From Octopus sinensis (Eukaryota), in the NCBI RefSeq assembly GCF_006345805.1, contig NC_043003.1, positions 101,804,001 through 101,868,000 of the forward strand: a DNA stretch of 64,000 nt, in the 5' to 3' direction. The notes below the pieces were generated by a model, which had not been told where the DNA came from, made no database searches, and saw only the letters and a program-made list of their open reading frames with translations. The position numbers were made by a program, and so were the translations under genes. Below are positions 36,889 through 50,290 of the stretch, in pieces. Position 1 is the stretch's first letter. The number at the start of each line of letters is the position of its first letter.

Positions 36889-38200
36889 GTTTAGAGTATC
36901 ATTACAACAAAATGAAATTAGTAAAGGAGAGAAATTCGAGACTGAGCTCCCGATCCTTATCAGTGGTGACATCAGTATCATCATCATCATTGTTTAACAT
37001 CTGTTTTTCATGCTGGCATGGTTGGACACTTTGACAGGAACCAGCAAGCCAAAGGACTGCATCAACCTTAATATCTGCTTTGGCATGGTTTCAGTGGTCA
37101 AATGCCCTTCAAAACTAGTTTACAGATTGTACTGGGTCCTCTTTTTTCATGGTACTAGCACTAGTGAGGTCACCAAGTGTGTTGAAGGAGGTGGTTTTAT
37201 GGTAGGTTTTGTAATGTTAAAAGTGTGATGAAAGTACAAGGACAAGTAAAGAGGAGATACATGGCTTCCTCACCTAGAGAGAGAGATGACTATAAGAGAG
37301 AAATAGAGATAAAGGATTAGGAAGGGGTAGGGTTAGGTATGTTTGTGAGAGTGTGAAAGGAGAGTGACAGACAGTTAGAGATGGGGACAGAGGTGGACAC
37401 AGTGAACCGACCCTGGAAAATTAGAGGAAATGATATTATTGATCCTAAAATCTGATTGAAACATTTTTCAAATTTAATTTCAGTTTTCTTTTCTCTTTCT
37501 TGTAAAACACGTTTCAAACAGTTCAATCTCCATACAATGCATGGGAAATAAAGGTTTGAGAGTTCAATCTCAAGAGTGGCATCAAATATGGTAAATAATT
37601 GGTTGGTTTAAAACAATTTCTAAACAGAATGTGGAACTGAAACACTTGAGCAAAATGAGCAAAAATCAGTCAAACTTTTACGTTGGAGAACTTAGATTAT
37701 CTTTTCCTCTACCTTAAGATGGTATATACACAATTTATATAATGTGTGAGAGATTGTAGGTGATAGAGTTGATAGTGTGTTGGATCATCAGCTATTAAGT
37801 AAATGGTTTACATCCTGTCACTAGAGCTGCAGATTAGCTATGGTTAAGACATTTAGCTCTTAAATGCTCCTCTCTGCATGATTGCAAATAGGTTGCATGG
37901 TTAAGAATAGTTCACTATTGTAATAAACAGCAGGAGTAGTGTGTAATTAGCAAAAGTCTAATTAGCTTGTAGTGTTATGGGGAAAATGCTCCAATGCTGA
38001 AACTGACAAATTTTCCAATCATCTTGTTAATGTCTTGCCTTTGACAAGGCGGTAATCTAGGCCTTAGTTCTGATTACTGGTTGCAAGAGGTGGCTATAAT
38101 ACAACAGCTAAACATATAAAATTCATTCTGTATAGATAAAACCAATGTCATTGTTAACTCAAGAGAGACTACCAAAAGGAAGATAATTTGTGCTACTTAC

Positions 38201-38410
38201 CGACATCCCTTGGTTCTTGTACTGAGGACAGTTTTTCACCTCTTCATGGAATTCGCCACTGTGCTCAATTAAGAAATTGTTCCGAAATTTGGGGTCAGTT
38301 TTATTGGCTGTTAACAATGGCTGCAAAGATTTCCCATCAAACTTTCCAGGTTCTTTGATCCCCGCCAATGAAAGGAATGTTGGAGCAAAATCAATATTCA
38401 ATACAAGTTC
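38201..38410 (-). CDS. GNS: GNS exon 10 (210 nt): ELVLNIDFAPTFLSLAG...DGKSLQPLL...FLIEHSGE...KNQGMS
   Basis: NIDxAPT and DGxSL motifs; acceptor ctttctttaaaccAG, donor GTaagt. Confidence 0.95.
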
Positions 38411-39463
38411 CTGGTTTAAAGAAAGTACAAAAACAAAATAGAAATAAATAGTTAATTGACATTACATGTCAAAATACTTGAGAAACAAAAGCAACTGGTC
38501 ATTTATAATTTTATAATTTTGGTAGGAGAGACAAATACATCTTGTACTGGTTTGCCTACCATACAAGATTCAAGGAATTTTTGTGAAAGTTTAGTGTTAG
38601 TAACTGAACCAATCTCTTAGTCACTATGTTTTGTGATATTCATGAATTTCCTTAGGATAATAACAATGTAAATAGGTTTTGTTTAAGAAGTGATGTCAAG
38701 TTATGGACATCAAAACTTACAGTCAAGCCAGAAAAGGATCTCTAAATTAGTCATAAAAGTTTTGGCAGCATAACAACATCATCATCATCATCATCGTTTA
38801 ACGTCCGCTTTCCATGCTAGCATGGGTTGGACGATTTTGACTGAGGGCTGGCGAACCAGATGGCTGCACCAGGCTCCAATCTTGATTTGGCAGAGTTTCT
38901 ACAGCTGGATGCCCTTCCTAACGCCAACCACTCCAAGAGTGTAGTGGGTGCTTTTTACATGCCACTGGCACGGGGGCCAGTCAGGCGGTACTGGCAACGA
39001 CCTCGCTCGAATCTTTTTACACATGCCATCAGCACAGGTGCCAGTAAGGTGACATTGGTAATGATCACGCTCAAATGGTGCCCTTTTACGTGCCACTGGC
39101 ACGGAAGCCAGTTGGCTGCTCTGGCACACAACAACAAAATAGTATAAGGCAGGTGATACATATTCAACTGTATTAACAAAGAAATTAGTTAAAAAGCTTT
39201 GTCATTAAACTGGTATTAGGAACAAGAATCAACAGGAAATTTTTATGGAAGATTTTAATTTTGATCACTTTAAAACATGACATTTGTGTTATAAAACTAA
39301 GGGCAGTCTTGGGTGAGTTGGTATTGTTTAATATCCTTGAAGTGTTTCTGTCAGCAAATTTACAATATCAAATATCCAGTGCTGACCTCACACTTTTAAA
39401 TGCAAGAACTCACAAAGAAACTATCAGAATGGTGAATGAACGTTGTGTCTAAATTGTACTTAC

Positions 39464-39567
39464 ATTGCGAGTTTGATTTGCCTTTATGCCAGGGCCTCTG
39501 ACCAAAAACGGGACTCTGTTGTCAAAATCATACAACTGCCTCTTGTCATAGGGAAGAGAGAACTGAC
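39464..39567 (-). CDS. GNS: GNS exon 9 (104 nt): (G)[34 protein letters not shown]
   Basis: DKRQLYxFD and VRGPGI motifs; acceptor ttttatttcAG, donor GTaagt, phase 1/0. Confidence 0.96.
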
Positions 39568-40479
39568 CTGAAATAAAAGCGAAAAAGTTATGTGAATGTA
39601 ACAAATGAAGATTTCAATAGATAAGTACTTCAAATTTTGGCTCAAAGCCAGCAATATAAGAGGGGTGTTTAGTCATCAATCTCAGTACTTCACTGGTTCT
39701 TTATATTATTGATCTTGATAGGATGAAAGATAGACATCTAATGATTCTGCCAGCTTGTTGCCTTACTTTTTTGCATGACATTAACCACACCAACTAAATG
39801 TGACCTTAACAAGATTAAATATCACATCAAAAACTGAGAAATCATCATCATCATCTTTTAATGACTGTCTTCTAAGTTGGTATAGACTGGCTGGTTAGAC
39901 AGGATCTAACAAATCAAAGTAATGCATCAAACACCAGTATGTTTCCTTTGGCATGGTTCCTATGGCTGGATGCCAACCTAATGCCAACCGCTTTGCAGCA
40001 TGTACTGGCTGCTTTTCTTTTTTTGTGACACCAGCACAAGTAATGTCACCAAGTGATTTGCAAGACAAAAAACATTCTCTTTGACTGAGTGGTGGTTAGT
40101 AGATATCTATTAATAATAATAATCTTGAAGTACAAAGTCTTAGGACAACATTTCACACACAATGATTATGGCTAAAATGCAAACCCTCAAGGAAGCCTTT
40201 ACATAATTGTTTGACTAATTAGATATAGTAACCAAATCTCCCTCAATATCCTGCAGTCTTAAGATATGAATGACACATTGGATAAGGAAATCATAGATAC
40301 ACTGCCAGGAAACAAAAAGGATGGGATTGTCATGGCTGGAACATCTTTGATCAGTATTTACCTGAAACAAATTAACAAGCACCACCTTTATTCATGTATG
40401 ATTGTTTCTGTACCCATGGATCACCTGATGACTGCTTATCCTTCTATTGTGTGACACACTGGACATGTAATAACATACA

Positions 40480-40860
40480 TAGGTGCAGGTATGGCTGTGT
40501 GGATAGGCACAGGTGTGATTGTGTGGTAAGAAGCTAGCCTCCCATCCACATGGCTCTGGGTTCAGTTCCACTGTGTGGCATGTTGGGCAAGTGTCTTGTG
40601 AGTGTATTTAGTAGATGGAAAGACTGAAAGAAGGCCATTGTATATGTGTGTGAGTGTTTGTCACCCACTACTGCTTGACAACCAGTGTTGGTGTGTTAAC
40701 GGACCTATAACTTAGCAGTTCGGCAAAAGAGAATGACAAAATAAGTACCAGGCTTAAAAAAAGATAAATACTGGGGTTAATTCATTCAACTAAATTCTTC
40801 AAGGTGGTGCCTCAGCATGGCCGCTGTCTAATGACTGAAACAAGTAAAAGATAAAGATAC
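40480..40860 (+). mobile_element. CORE-type SINE (older copy)
   Basis: Same head, body and tail layout as 16003-16410. Confidence 0.8.
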
Positions 40861-41133
40861 AGCATGTTCTTCTACTGTGCACAATATGCCCATCCCATGA
40901 ACACTGATACTTGAACTGGTCAAAATTCCAAAAGACAAATATACTATATTCAGATGCACACAGAACAACAGTCACACTTCATACAACACTTAATAACTTT
41001 CACAATACACACAGACTACAAAGAAAAGAAAGTAAAAGTAAGTACAAACAATAAATTAGACTGTGCCAGTCCTATATCACATCACACTGATTAATACCAT
41101 TAGCAGGTGACAACACATTACAACAACACTTAC

Positions 41134-41252
41134 CTAAGTGATAGCCATTATCTGAAGTAAAGAATATGTAAGTATTGTTGAGGAGTCCAGTTGCAGTCAG
41201 TTGCTTGACAATATTCTCTACAAGATCATCAACAGACAGAAGTGTTCTCCAT
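41134..41252 (-). CDS. GNS: GNS exon 8 (119 nt): [39 protein letters not shown](G)
   Basis: TLLSVDD and TSDNGYH metal-binding motifs; phase 2/1; acceptor gcctttctcAG, donor GTaagt. Confidence 0.97.
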
Positions 41253-42619
41253 CTGAGAAAGGCAAAAAAAAAAAAAAAAAAAAAAATCTGGTTCTTCATT
41301 AAAAGAAAGAATAAATAAATCACAAATAAAATTGTTGAAGAATTGTTGGTAACATGACCTGATTTATATTTTGAATATCTCCCAAAAGGTACTCATTTCA
41401 TTCCCTAAGCAGCTGTTATCATTTTCATAACAATTAAAAATCCACACAGAAAATGTTTGTCTTCATGCTTATTGACAACTCCATTCCATTTAATGTTGAT
41501 ACTGCTCTAGCTGCAACATTATTACAAGGAGGCCATCTTGTTGCCTTTTTATTTTCATCTAGTTTTGACATTTTCTTCAGATGTGAAAAAGAGAATTTGC
41601 TAATGTCATATATTTGCAAATGTCTTATATTGAATGTGCTTCTTTTACTAACCAGATGAGAAAATTTTTTCAATGTAATCAAGACAAATTTTGTGTCATC
41701 TGGGGCAAGAAGATTGTTGCATTAAGTGCAGATATGTGGTCAAGGAGTCTGCTTTCCAACCACATGGTTTGGGGTTCAGTTTGACTTCATTTTGGGTAAG
41801 TGAATAACAACAGATTCAAAGTTAAAAATATAGTAAATTTTCAAATTTTTACTTAATCTTAAAATTTCAAAAAGTGTTGAGTCAAACAGTAATGGCAGGT
41901 TTACCTATGTTATAAAAAGCTATGGAACAGTAAATAGGGTTTCACTTTGTGATCTGCCATGAGGCCTGATATCTCCAGGTGAAATAAAGCTTAAAGAATT
42001 GACTCATAATTTTCTGAATGAAGACGAAGTTAATTAATTTTAAAAAACATCCTCTTGAGAAATAATTCAATGTCCAAATTAACAACAAAAACTACTAGAT
42101 AATGTCATAGAGCCCTGCCATACTCACCACTACTATTAAGGAACTTTGTTGTTCTAACAGAACTATAATATTTCATGCAAAACTTAATTTATGACTTTAT
42201 AATTAAGTCGAAATTTTATATATAAACATAAAAATTTAATTTCAGAATGGTATTATACAACTACTATTAATTTTTACTAATTGTAACAATTTCTAATTCT
42301 TTATACTATGATGTAAAGTGGTGGTTTTATCTTGTTTATAACGGGCTGAGATTATCTTATTTATATGGTTTTGACTTGGAATAGATAATAAATATATTTT
42401 ATTTCTTGAGTAGGAATCTATGGTGATAAACCTGTCACTTATAACTTAATTATAAGTATTATCACTATAATAAAGTCATTAACTGGTTGAGGAAAATGAA
42501 GAAAGAGAAATTATTTACTACATTAATCCATTAATCTAATACAGTTTGGTAATCACTTTGCTAGACATAGTTAAATTCTTTGGTTACCTAATATTTGTAA
42601 TTTTAGGGTATGAAAGGTA

Positions 42620-44045
42620 ATTCTAATAATTATGAAACAGGCCGAGGCTAGGTTATCAGCAATTGATAACTCGAAGTTACCAGGTAACTATAAAATTTGG
42701 TGCTTGCAGTTCGGCTTGTACCCGCAACTTGTGTGGCCACTTTTAATATATGAGGTAGCATTGTCACGAGTTGAAATCATTGAACAAAAATGTAATGTGT
42801 TCATTAGAAAGTGGCTAGGCCTACCTCGTATGTTGAACAGTTCAGCTCTTTATCATAAAAAAGGTTCGTTGCAGCTACCAATAGCATCAATAGTTGAAAT
42901 ATATAAACTGGGGAAGATATGGATGGTCATGATGCTGAGAGAATCGAAGGATATGGATATCAGGCGTAACCCACCAGAGGTGAAAACAGCCAGGAAGTTG
43001 AAAGCAGAAGCAGAAACTGATGACATCTTGTCTTCTCTTATACACAGAGATATGGTGGGTGCAACGCAGAATCATCGGAAAGGACTTGGTTTTGGCGCAG
43101 ACCATTTGCAAGCATGATGTGGAGTGAACGCAGATCTGTTGTTAGCAACAGCGTCAAAACAAGAGAAGCAGAGAGAAGAGAGCTTCATTTGATCCAATGT
43201 TTTCATCAAGGTCAAATGACGAGATGGGAAGAACATGTTGTTGAGAGGAAGATAAGTTGGGATGAGGTATGGAAGTGGATGACATCTTGGCTGAGTTTCC
43301 TGATTTGTTCATCTTATGATGTTTTGCCATCACCTACGAATCTAGTAAGATGGAACGCCTCAGAGAATGACATCTGCAAATGTGGAAGGGTCGGTACACT
43401 GAAACATATTCTTTCCAACTGTTCATTAGCATTGAACAGGTATACATGGAGACACAACTTGGTCCTTAAGGTTATCTTCAATGCTATAAAGAACCAAATT
43501 CATCTCAACAACACTGATAAAAAACTGTTAAAAGTACCATCTAGAGATTTCGTTACCTTCATGCAACCAGGTCAGCGGATCTGTTTCAAGAAGAAGATCA
43601 AGAAACTTCCTGTGAGAGATGAAAAGTGGAACAGCTATTGGGAGGTAACTGCAGATTTACCTGGGTGCCAGGTTTTCTTTCCCATCCCAATTACGAAAAA
43701 CCAGACATTTTGATGTGGTGTGAAAGAAAGAAAGTTGTAAATATAGTCGAGTTAACGGTTCCTCATGAAGATAATATGGACGCCGCTCGGGCTCGAAAAT
43801 TTAACCGTTATGTAAACCTCCTCGAGGAATGTGAAGACGCAGGCTGGAAAGCGGAACATTTTCCAATTGAAGTCGGATGTAGAGGGTTCGTTGGACACAG
43901 TTTGAGACGACTGTTGTTATCGCTAGGCCTAACTCATCGTGAAGTCAATACCACCATGACTGATATCCAATGTACAGTGGAGAAGGCTAGCCTCTGGATT
44001 TGGTTAAAAAGAGATGATAAGCGATGGCTAGAAGGATATTGAGCT
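42620..44045 (+). mobile_element. 5'-truncated HERO-like (R2-group, RLE endonuclease) LINE with two frameshifts
   Basis: KWLGLPR, YDVLPSP-x-NL, GTLKHILSNC, RYTWRHN, KPDI...ELTVP-x-E, PIEVGCRGF, EKASLWIWLKR motifs. Confidence 0.85.
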
Positions 44046-44166
44046 TTATTTGATAACCAGCTCGACAGTAACTAACCAGGTTTCTCATTCTTTGCTCCAA
44101 GTTTACTGTGTATGCGTGAAGGAAATATAAAGATCTTAAAATGGCTTGGTAAAGAATTGTACTTAC

Positions 44167-44249
44167 CGATTCCGGAATATGTTATCAATCAATTCAATTG
44201 TGCTGTTTGACATTGGAGAAATAGCTTGCCGGATTAACCAGTGTTTGTC
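44167..44249 (-). CDS. GNS: GNS exon 7 (83 nt): [27 protein letters not shown](R)
   Basis: KHWLIRQA motif; acceptor cattcatttcAG, donor GTaagt, phase 0/2. Confidence 0.95.
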
Positions 44250-44599
44250 CTGAAATGAATGCATAACTTTCTAGAAGGAAAAATTCACTGAATTTACTAT
44301 TGATGGTCAGTAACTGAAAAAAGTTTGCTTGGGCAGATTTTGTGCATTTGTAATCACCTGAACAGTTAAGGAAAACCTATAAGTCTCACATTCCATATAG
44401 GTTGTGCTCCAGCCTAGTCTGATACCACATAGAACATTCTATTGTGTAAAGTATTGGAAGTGCAGCAGTGTAAACTGTTTGTGTATGTTTAAAGATTCTG
44501 GCAATATCCGCAGTTAAAGGCAATCAAGATGGATTTTGTTTATGCAAGGTAGTAATGACAAAATTTAAGCCAGTTTTCTGAGATTTTGTTTTAATTTCT

Positions 44600-45040
44600 G
44601 TATATGAATCATATTTGTCTAGACCAGAGAGGAGAAATTGTGATTGTAGTCATATTTTAGAATGATGAAGATATACCAGCAGCATGTCAGAAGTACACCC
44701 CACATATCCAAAATCAAGACAGTGCAATGGAGGCTGACAAAATAGGAGTGAAATAGATAAGGTGGTAGGGTAGAAGATGCAATTTAAACTTTCTGAACTA
44801 TTGACATCATCTGAACTGTTCTCACAATGTTATCATCAGTTCAATCAGTTGAGGAGGTATACCTCACAGCACCAGAATCCTCCAAAGTACAACCCAGTCC
44901 ACTGAGTCAAATGCTTTGCAGAGGTCGACATAGGCTGCAAGGAGCCCCTATCAGAAGTTCTGCTTGCATTCAATGAATTTATGAAGAGCCAGGATCCTAT
45001 CAGTAGTTGACCTCTTTGGCATGAACCCCGACTGGTGAAA
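44600..45040 (-). mobile_element. Decayed RTE reverse transcriptase fragment
   Basis: SGFMPKRSTTDRILAL...AYVDLCKAFDSVD...GIPPQLI. Confidence 0.75.
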
Positions 45041-45208
45041 CTGGTGGTATACTTACAGACAATATTGTAAGTTAACACAATATTATTACTACTTATTTTG
45101 AGCTAGTAGATGTTTTAGTTATGTTGCTTCTTATGACAGCAAAAAATTATTTATTTATGGCAAGATTCGATAGAAATGATCATATAACACTAATTCCTTG
45201 ATACTTAC

Positions 45209-45373
45209 AGTGGAATGTTTATTGAAAGATTTATCTCTGGGAGCTTTGCGGGTGCTGAAGTTTTTACTGTACTGGGGTGCTGGGGTGAAAGGACTATGTG
45301 CAGCAGGGGTTGACAACATCATAAAGAAAGGGTTACCCTTGTGTTCATTGATAAACTTGACTGCTCGATGGTT
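45209..45373 (-). CDS. GNS: GNS exon 6 (165 nt): [35 protein letters not shown]...NKHST
   Basis: PFFMMxxTPAxHSP motif; acceptor ttatcttcAG, donor GTaagt. Confidence 0.96.
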
Positions 45374-46016
45374 CTGAAGATAAAACAAAATCTCAGTTTA
45401 GCATTTCACAAAGACAAGAGAGCAAAAAGATGATAAAATATGAGATAAACAGGAAGGAAAATGTAATGGACACTCTCAAAATAAGAAAGTGAATGACAAT
45501 CAGTAAGTAAATGATTAAGAGCTCTTATTGCATGCATGATAAAGGAAATTAATAAATAAATATATATATTAGACTACCCATGACCTGTAGCATGACCAAT
45601 AGTTCAAGGTATCCGAAGAAACCATGTATCTAGGGAATCTGTGGTCCGATTTACATGGAACTTCTTTTATTCCGTGTGTATTCACATTTCAATGGTGTCC
45701 TTACTTTCAAAGCATTTCCCCCATTATATGCCGGTTTGGCTATTTATAAAGGTATCTGAGAAAACTGTGTATCTTGGTCTGATTGGTCTGATTTATGTAA
45801 AACTTGTTTTATTCCATTTGTATTCACATGAGCATCCAATTCACGACATCTGTTTTTGCCTCTTTCCCTCTGTTTCACCAGATGCTCAGCTCTCAAAGTG
45901 TCTGATTTCTGATCTCTCCTGCTTCTGTCTCTTTCCCTCCGTTCTGTCAGATGCTTAGCCCTTGATTTGTCAGTTTCATTGATCCTTCTATTTGCATTCC
46001 TGTCCTGATCTTGGCT

Positions 46017-46507
46017 AAATATTTCGTAAAGGACCCATTCGTACTTCAGTGTAAAACAATTTTTTCCACAGGTTTTTTTCAAGTGCATTCAACATATCTC
46101 AACTCCAAAACCACTTTCTTCTGGAAAAGAAAGTGGGGATGGGCTGTGGGGACCTCGGAGTGTCCCAGGAAACTCTGAGTTTCTCATCTACAGAGTTTTG
46201 TTTCATCAGTTTTTTTTTTTTTTCCAGGTTATTTCACATGCTTTCAATGAATGTAACATCGAAATCATGTGTAAATGGCTCCTTTCTCCAGAAAAGGAAA
46301 GATTTAGCTGCTATTTCTTGCATGCTCTGCTACCACGTAATAGCTATTTCAGGTCCTTTATCGCCAAAAGCTGTTACGTGGTAGCAGGGCGTGCTAGAAA
46401 TAACAGCCAAATCTTTGGAGGTGAGATATGTTGAATGCACTCCAAAAAAACTTATGGAAAAATATTATTTCACACTGAGTTTATGAACAGGTCTTTACGA
46501 AATATTT
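46017..46507. mobile_element. Foldback DNA element: about 93-bp outer and 44-bp inner inverted arms
   Basis: 46017-46109 pairs with 46414-46507; 46301-46344 pairs with 46370-46413. Confidence 0.8.
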
Positions 46508-49287
46508 ACTGTATTTTTAAAGTCATTTTCACTTTAAAATATCTTTTAAATATGCCAAAAAAATTTTTGTAATGGTATTAAATAATTTAAAAAACAAAGC
46601 TAAAATATAAATACTTACTGTACAAACAGCTTACATTTTTGAAATCGCATTCACTTAAAAATATTTCTGAATGATTAAAATATGTTTAACAAAAGCAAAA
46701 ATAGAAACATTTACTGTGAAAAATAATTCATATTTTTTCCTTGGCAAGTTAGAGTTTCTTCCCTTTCAGGGTTAAGTTATTTTCAGAGTATTTTCCCATT
46801 ATGCGCGGTTTTGGATATTTATACTGCAAAACCCCTAATATCTCAAGAACCACTTGTCCAATTTAAGCGAAACTTATTTCAATTCGTTTGTATTCATATT
46901 TCAGGGGAACCTTAATTCATAGTATATTCCAATTATGTGCCAGTTTGGCTGCGTGACATTGCAAGCAAGCAAGATTGAAATTCATTTTTAATGTATTGTA
47001 TTATATATATATATATATATATATACATACACACACATATATACATACATGTGTATATATTTGTATGCATATGTGTATATAAACACATACACACACGCAT
47101 ACAAACATATTGGACACTAAAAGATGATGATGATAATACACATACGAACAAACACAGTTAAATGCATCCATATACATGTGTACAAACAGACATGCACATG
47201 ATCTGCAAAATGAAGATAACCTTTTAGATCAGTCAATGATCTGTAGTATTTGCCAAAATTATTACACAGATACTTACTCTCCTTGACCTTGCTGATATTA
47301 TCATACACATGTACATGGACTACATATTATTTTACCTTGCATGCATTCAAACAGCCATGTGCATATGTGTGTGTGTGCACATGCATGCATGTATGTGTGT
47401 GTGATCATCATGAACATTGTCTTTCTTGTTGTAACTTCTACATTCCCATACCTGCATGGTTCAAATAAAATTCACTTGGCAGATTTTCTATCATCAGATG
47501 ATCTTCCTGTTTCTAATTTGTTGCTCGGCAGTTTATGAACAAGGTAATATTCCCTCTAATCCTTTAAACATGAACAACACAATGGCTGGACATATTTTTA
47601 TGCAAGATTGCAAATGAGCAGTACTATTTGTGTGATGATGACATTTGTTTACAATTAACATGCAATGTCAAGCTAAGGGCACACATGATGGGCTTCATAC
47701 AGTTTCTGCCTACCAAATCCATTAATAAGGATTGTGTTGACCCATGGCAACAGTAGAAGACATTTGCCCAAAGTGCTACACAGTAGGATTGAACCTAAAT
47801 CCCAAATGGATGTAAAGTGAGTTTCTTTGCCACACAGCCATGCCTACTATATGTGTGAGTGTGTGTAACTTATTTCTTGACACATACAAGATGTTATTTA
47901 ACACCTACATAAATGACAATATTACACATTTAACTACACTACACCCATCCAATATCTTGTACTCCCCGTCTCTCTCTCTCTCTCTCACCCTTTTTGTCCT
48001 CTTCCTCCTCTCTCTTGCCACTTACTCTCACCATTACCTAAATTCTATTTCCACTTCTAGTCCTACTTTCCTACTTCCTTTTAACACCAGGCCAGAAATG
48101 TAAACATGTAACAAGTGTTATCAGTTTTCTTTTCTCCTCCATCTCTTATTCCATTTACTTCTCTTGGCTAAATGGTAAATCTCAAAACTATAGATCCTCT
48201 TCTGTTCCTTCTAATTAGTGTAATTTGTGTGCACATTCTTTGATGGTTGTTGCTTTGTATTCTTTTTCTACATTTCTTCCATCACATGCACACACACACA
48301 CAAATATACATGCACAAGTGTATGTATGTGTATTTGTGAGTGTATATACATGTGTATATATATATGTGTGTGTGTGCGTGTACATGTATATACGTATGTA
48401 TACTATGTAAAGGGGTTGGCATTAGGAAGGGCATTTAGCCATAGAACTATGCCAAAGCAGATATTGGGTCCTGTCAGTCTCCTAATGCATTAGATCCTGT
48501 CAAACTGTCCAACCTATGCCAACACAGGAGATATTAATGATTATGATGAACTGAATATATGTGTATGCAAATGTGTTTATATAAATGTATGTTGTATATA
48601 TGCATGTATACATGAATACATATCTATGTGTAATTCTTTTTCTGCTGCACTTGCATTATTATTTCATAATGTTACGTTGTCCGATAGTTGAAAGATCCTT
48701 TCTGTTATTTATTTGTTTGTATTCATATATGTACAAAAAATTATCTTCCTTCTATTGTATAGCCAAGAGGTGTTCTGTTGTATGTGTATAAGACTAGCTT
48801 TCTCATTTTTGTTTCTGTTCCTGTTTTTTGTTCTTGTATACATTTGTTTGTCTTTCCCAGAGGCTTAATGCTTTTAGCTTAAGTCCCTGGCACCTACCAG
48901 ATTTGAGTAGTCTTGGAGATACGAGGGTGAAACTACAAGGACTTTCCGGACACTGACTGATGAGGAAATCAGCTGCGAATGATCCATGTATCTTGCTTTT
49001 GTCATGTTAGTGGTTTGTTGTGCTGTCGTCTATTTTTCCATATGTCATGTTTTGTTTGTTTTTGTGATCTTTCTCTCCTACCTTTGATTTTATATATATA
49101 TCATTCATCATATATATATATATGCATGTGCATGTATATGTGTGTATGTAGAATATTTAATAGAGAATTAAATAATATAGGCTTGTTCATCCATGCACTT
49201 TATATGCCATAAAATTAACAAATTTTTTAAATATCTACTCAACAATTCTCAACTCATGGCAGTTATTGGGTTACACTAGGAGACTTG

Positions 49288-49668
49288 CTATGACATCAGC
49301 AAGACATCATTAAAATACTTACTATAATACCAATAAGATACACTGACAGCATTAAGATACTCACAATGACAGCGTTAAGATACTCACAATGATATTGTTA
49401 AGATACTTACAATGACAGCGTTAAGATACATGTTAAGACATCATTAAGATACATGCCATGACATCATTAAAATACTCACAATGACATAGTTAAAATACAT
49501 GGTATGACTTCATTAAGATACACACTATCACATTAAGATACATGCTATGATGTCATTAAGCACATTCTTAAGATACACGCTATGACATCATTAAGATACA
49601 CGTTATGACATTGTTAAGATACATGCCATGACATCGTTAAGATACTCACTATGATATCAGTAAGGTAG
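49288..49668. repeat. 23-bp minisatellite (about 16 units, consensus taagatacaYgcYatgacatcat) overlapping the GNS exon 5 donor
   Basis: Periodic taagatac every 23 nt; last unit lies in exon 5. Confidence 0.92.
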
Positions 49669-49748
49669 TCAATGCTGTAGTTACAGCCATGTTTTTCCAG
49701 TACACCATCTGTGGACATACTATAATTATAGTATTTAGAATTGCCAAC
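49650..49748 (-). CDS. GNS: GNS exon 5 (99 nt): VGNSKYYNYSMSTDGVLEKHGCNYSIDYLTDII
   Basis: NSKYYNY and DYLTD motifs of GNS; acceptor ttcctttgattAG, donor GTgagt. Confidence 0.95.
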
Positions 49749-50098
49749 CTAATCAAAGGAAAAAGAAAGAGATGTTCAGTATTCAGTAAATAATCACCAC
49801 CATCTTTACTAAAACCATCACAGTAACCTTGAATGAAGCTGCTACAATCCCACCTCCCAGGAGTTGACAGGTCCTTATTTTATCAACCTTGAAAGGATAA
49901 AAATTTTGCCAAATTTGAACTTAGAATCTTTCAGGGTATAACTACAAAATACAAAGCATTTCTCTATTCATTTAACCATCAACTCTTTATATAACATACT
50001 TGTGAGTATACCTTGGCACTTCACCATCTTTCTCTGCCTCCCTCTTACACTTTTGTTGTTTCCTACTCACTCTCTCTTTCCCTTGCTCTTCCCTCTGG

Positions 50099-50250
50099 CT
50101 GGGTAGCCATGTATTTCCTCTACAGCAGCACACCTATTTCTGCCCTCATTCTTAATCACTCTCTCTCTCTCTTCTTATCTTGCTTTTCTTCTGACTAGGT
50201 AACCAAGTATCTCCTTTACATCAGCGCACCTGTTTTTGTCCTCTTTCTCA

Positions 50251-50290
<40 letters not shown>

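Noticed and set aside
47117-47308. ORF containing ESKYLCNN...SLTD, superficially like GNS exon 5
   Set aside because: No fitting splice sites; the true exon 5 at 49650-49748 matches far better.
48950-49020. CTGATGAG...GCGAAT hammerhead-like motif
   Set aside because: GAAA box altered, and no stem I or III with a valid UH triplet; at best a dead relic.
49288-49668. Regularly spaced repeats resembling a CRISPR array
   Set aside because: Units are contiguous tandem copies without unique spacers, no cas genes are present, and the context is a eukaryotic intron.
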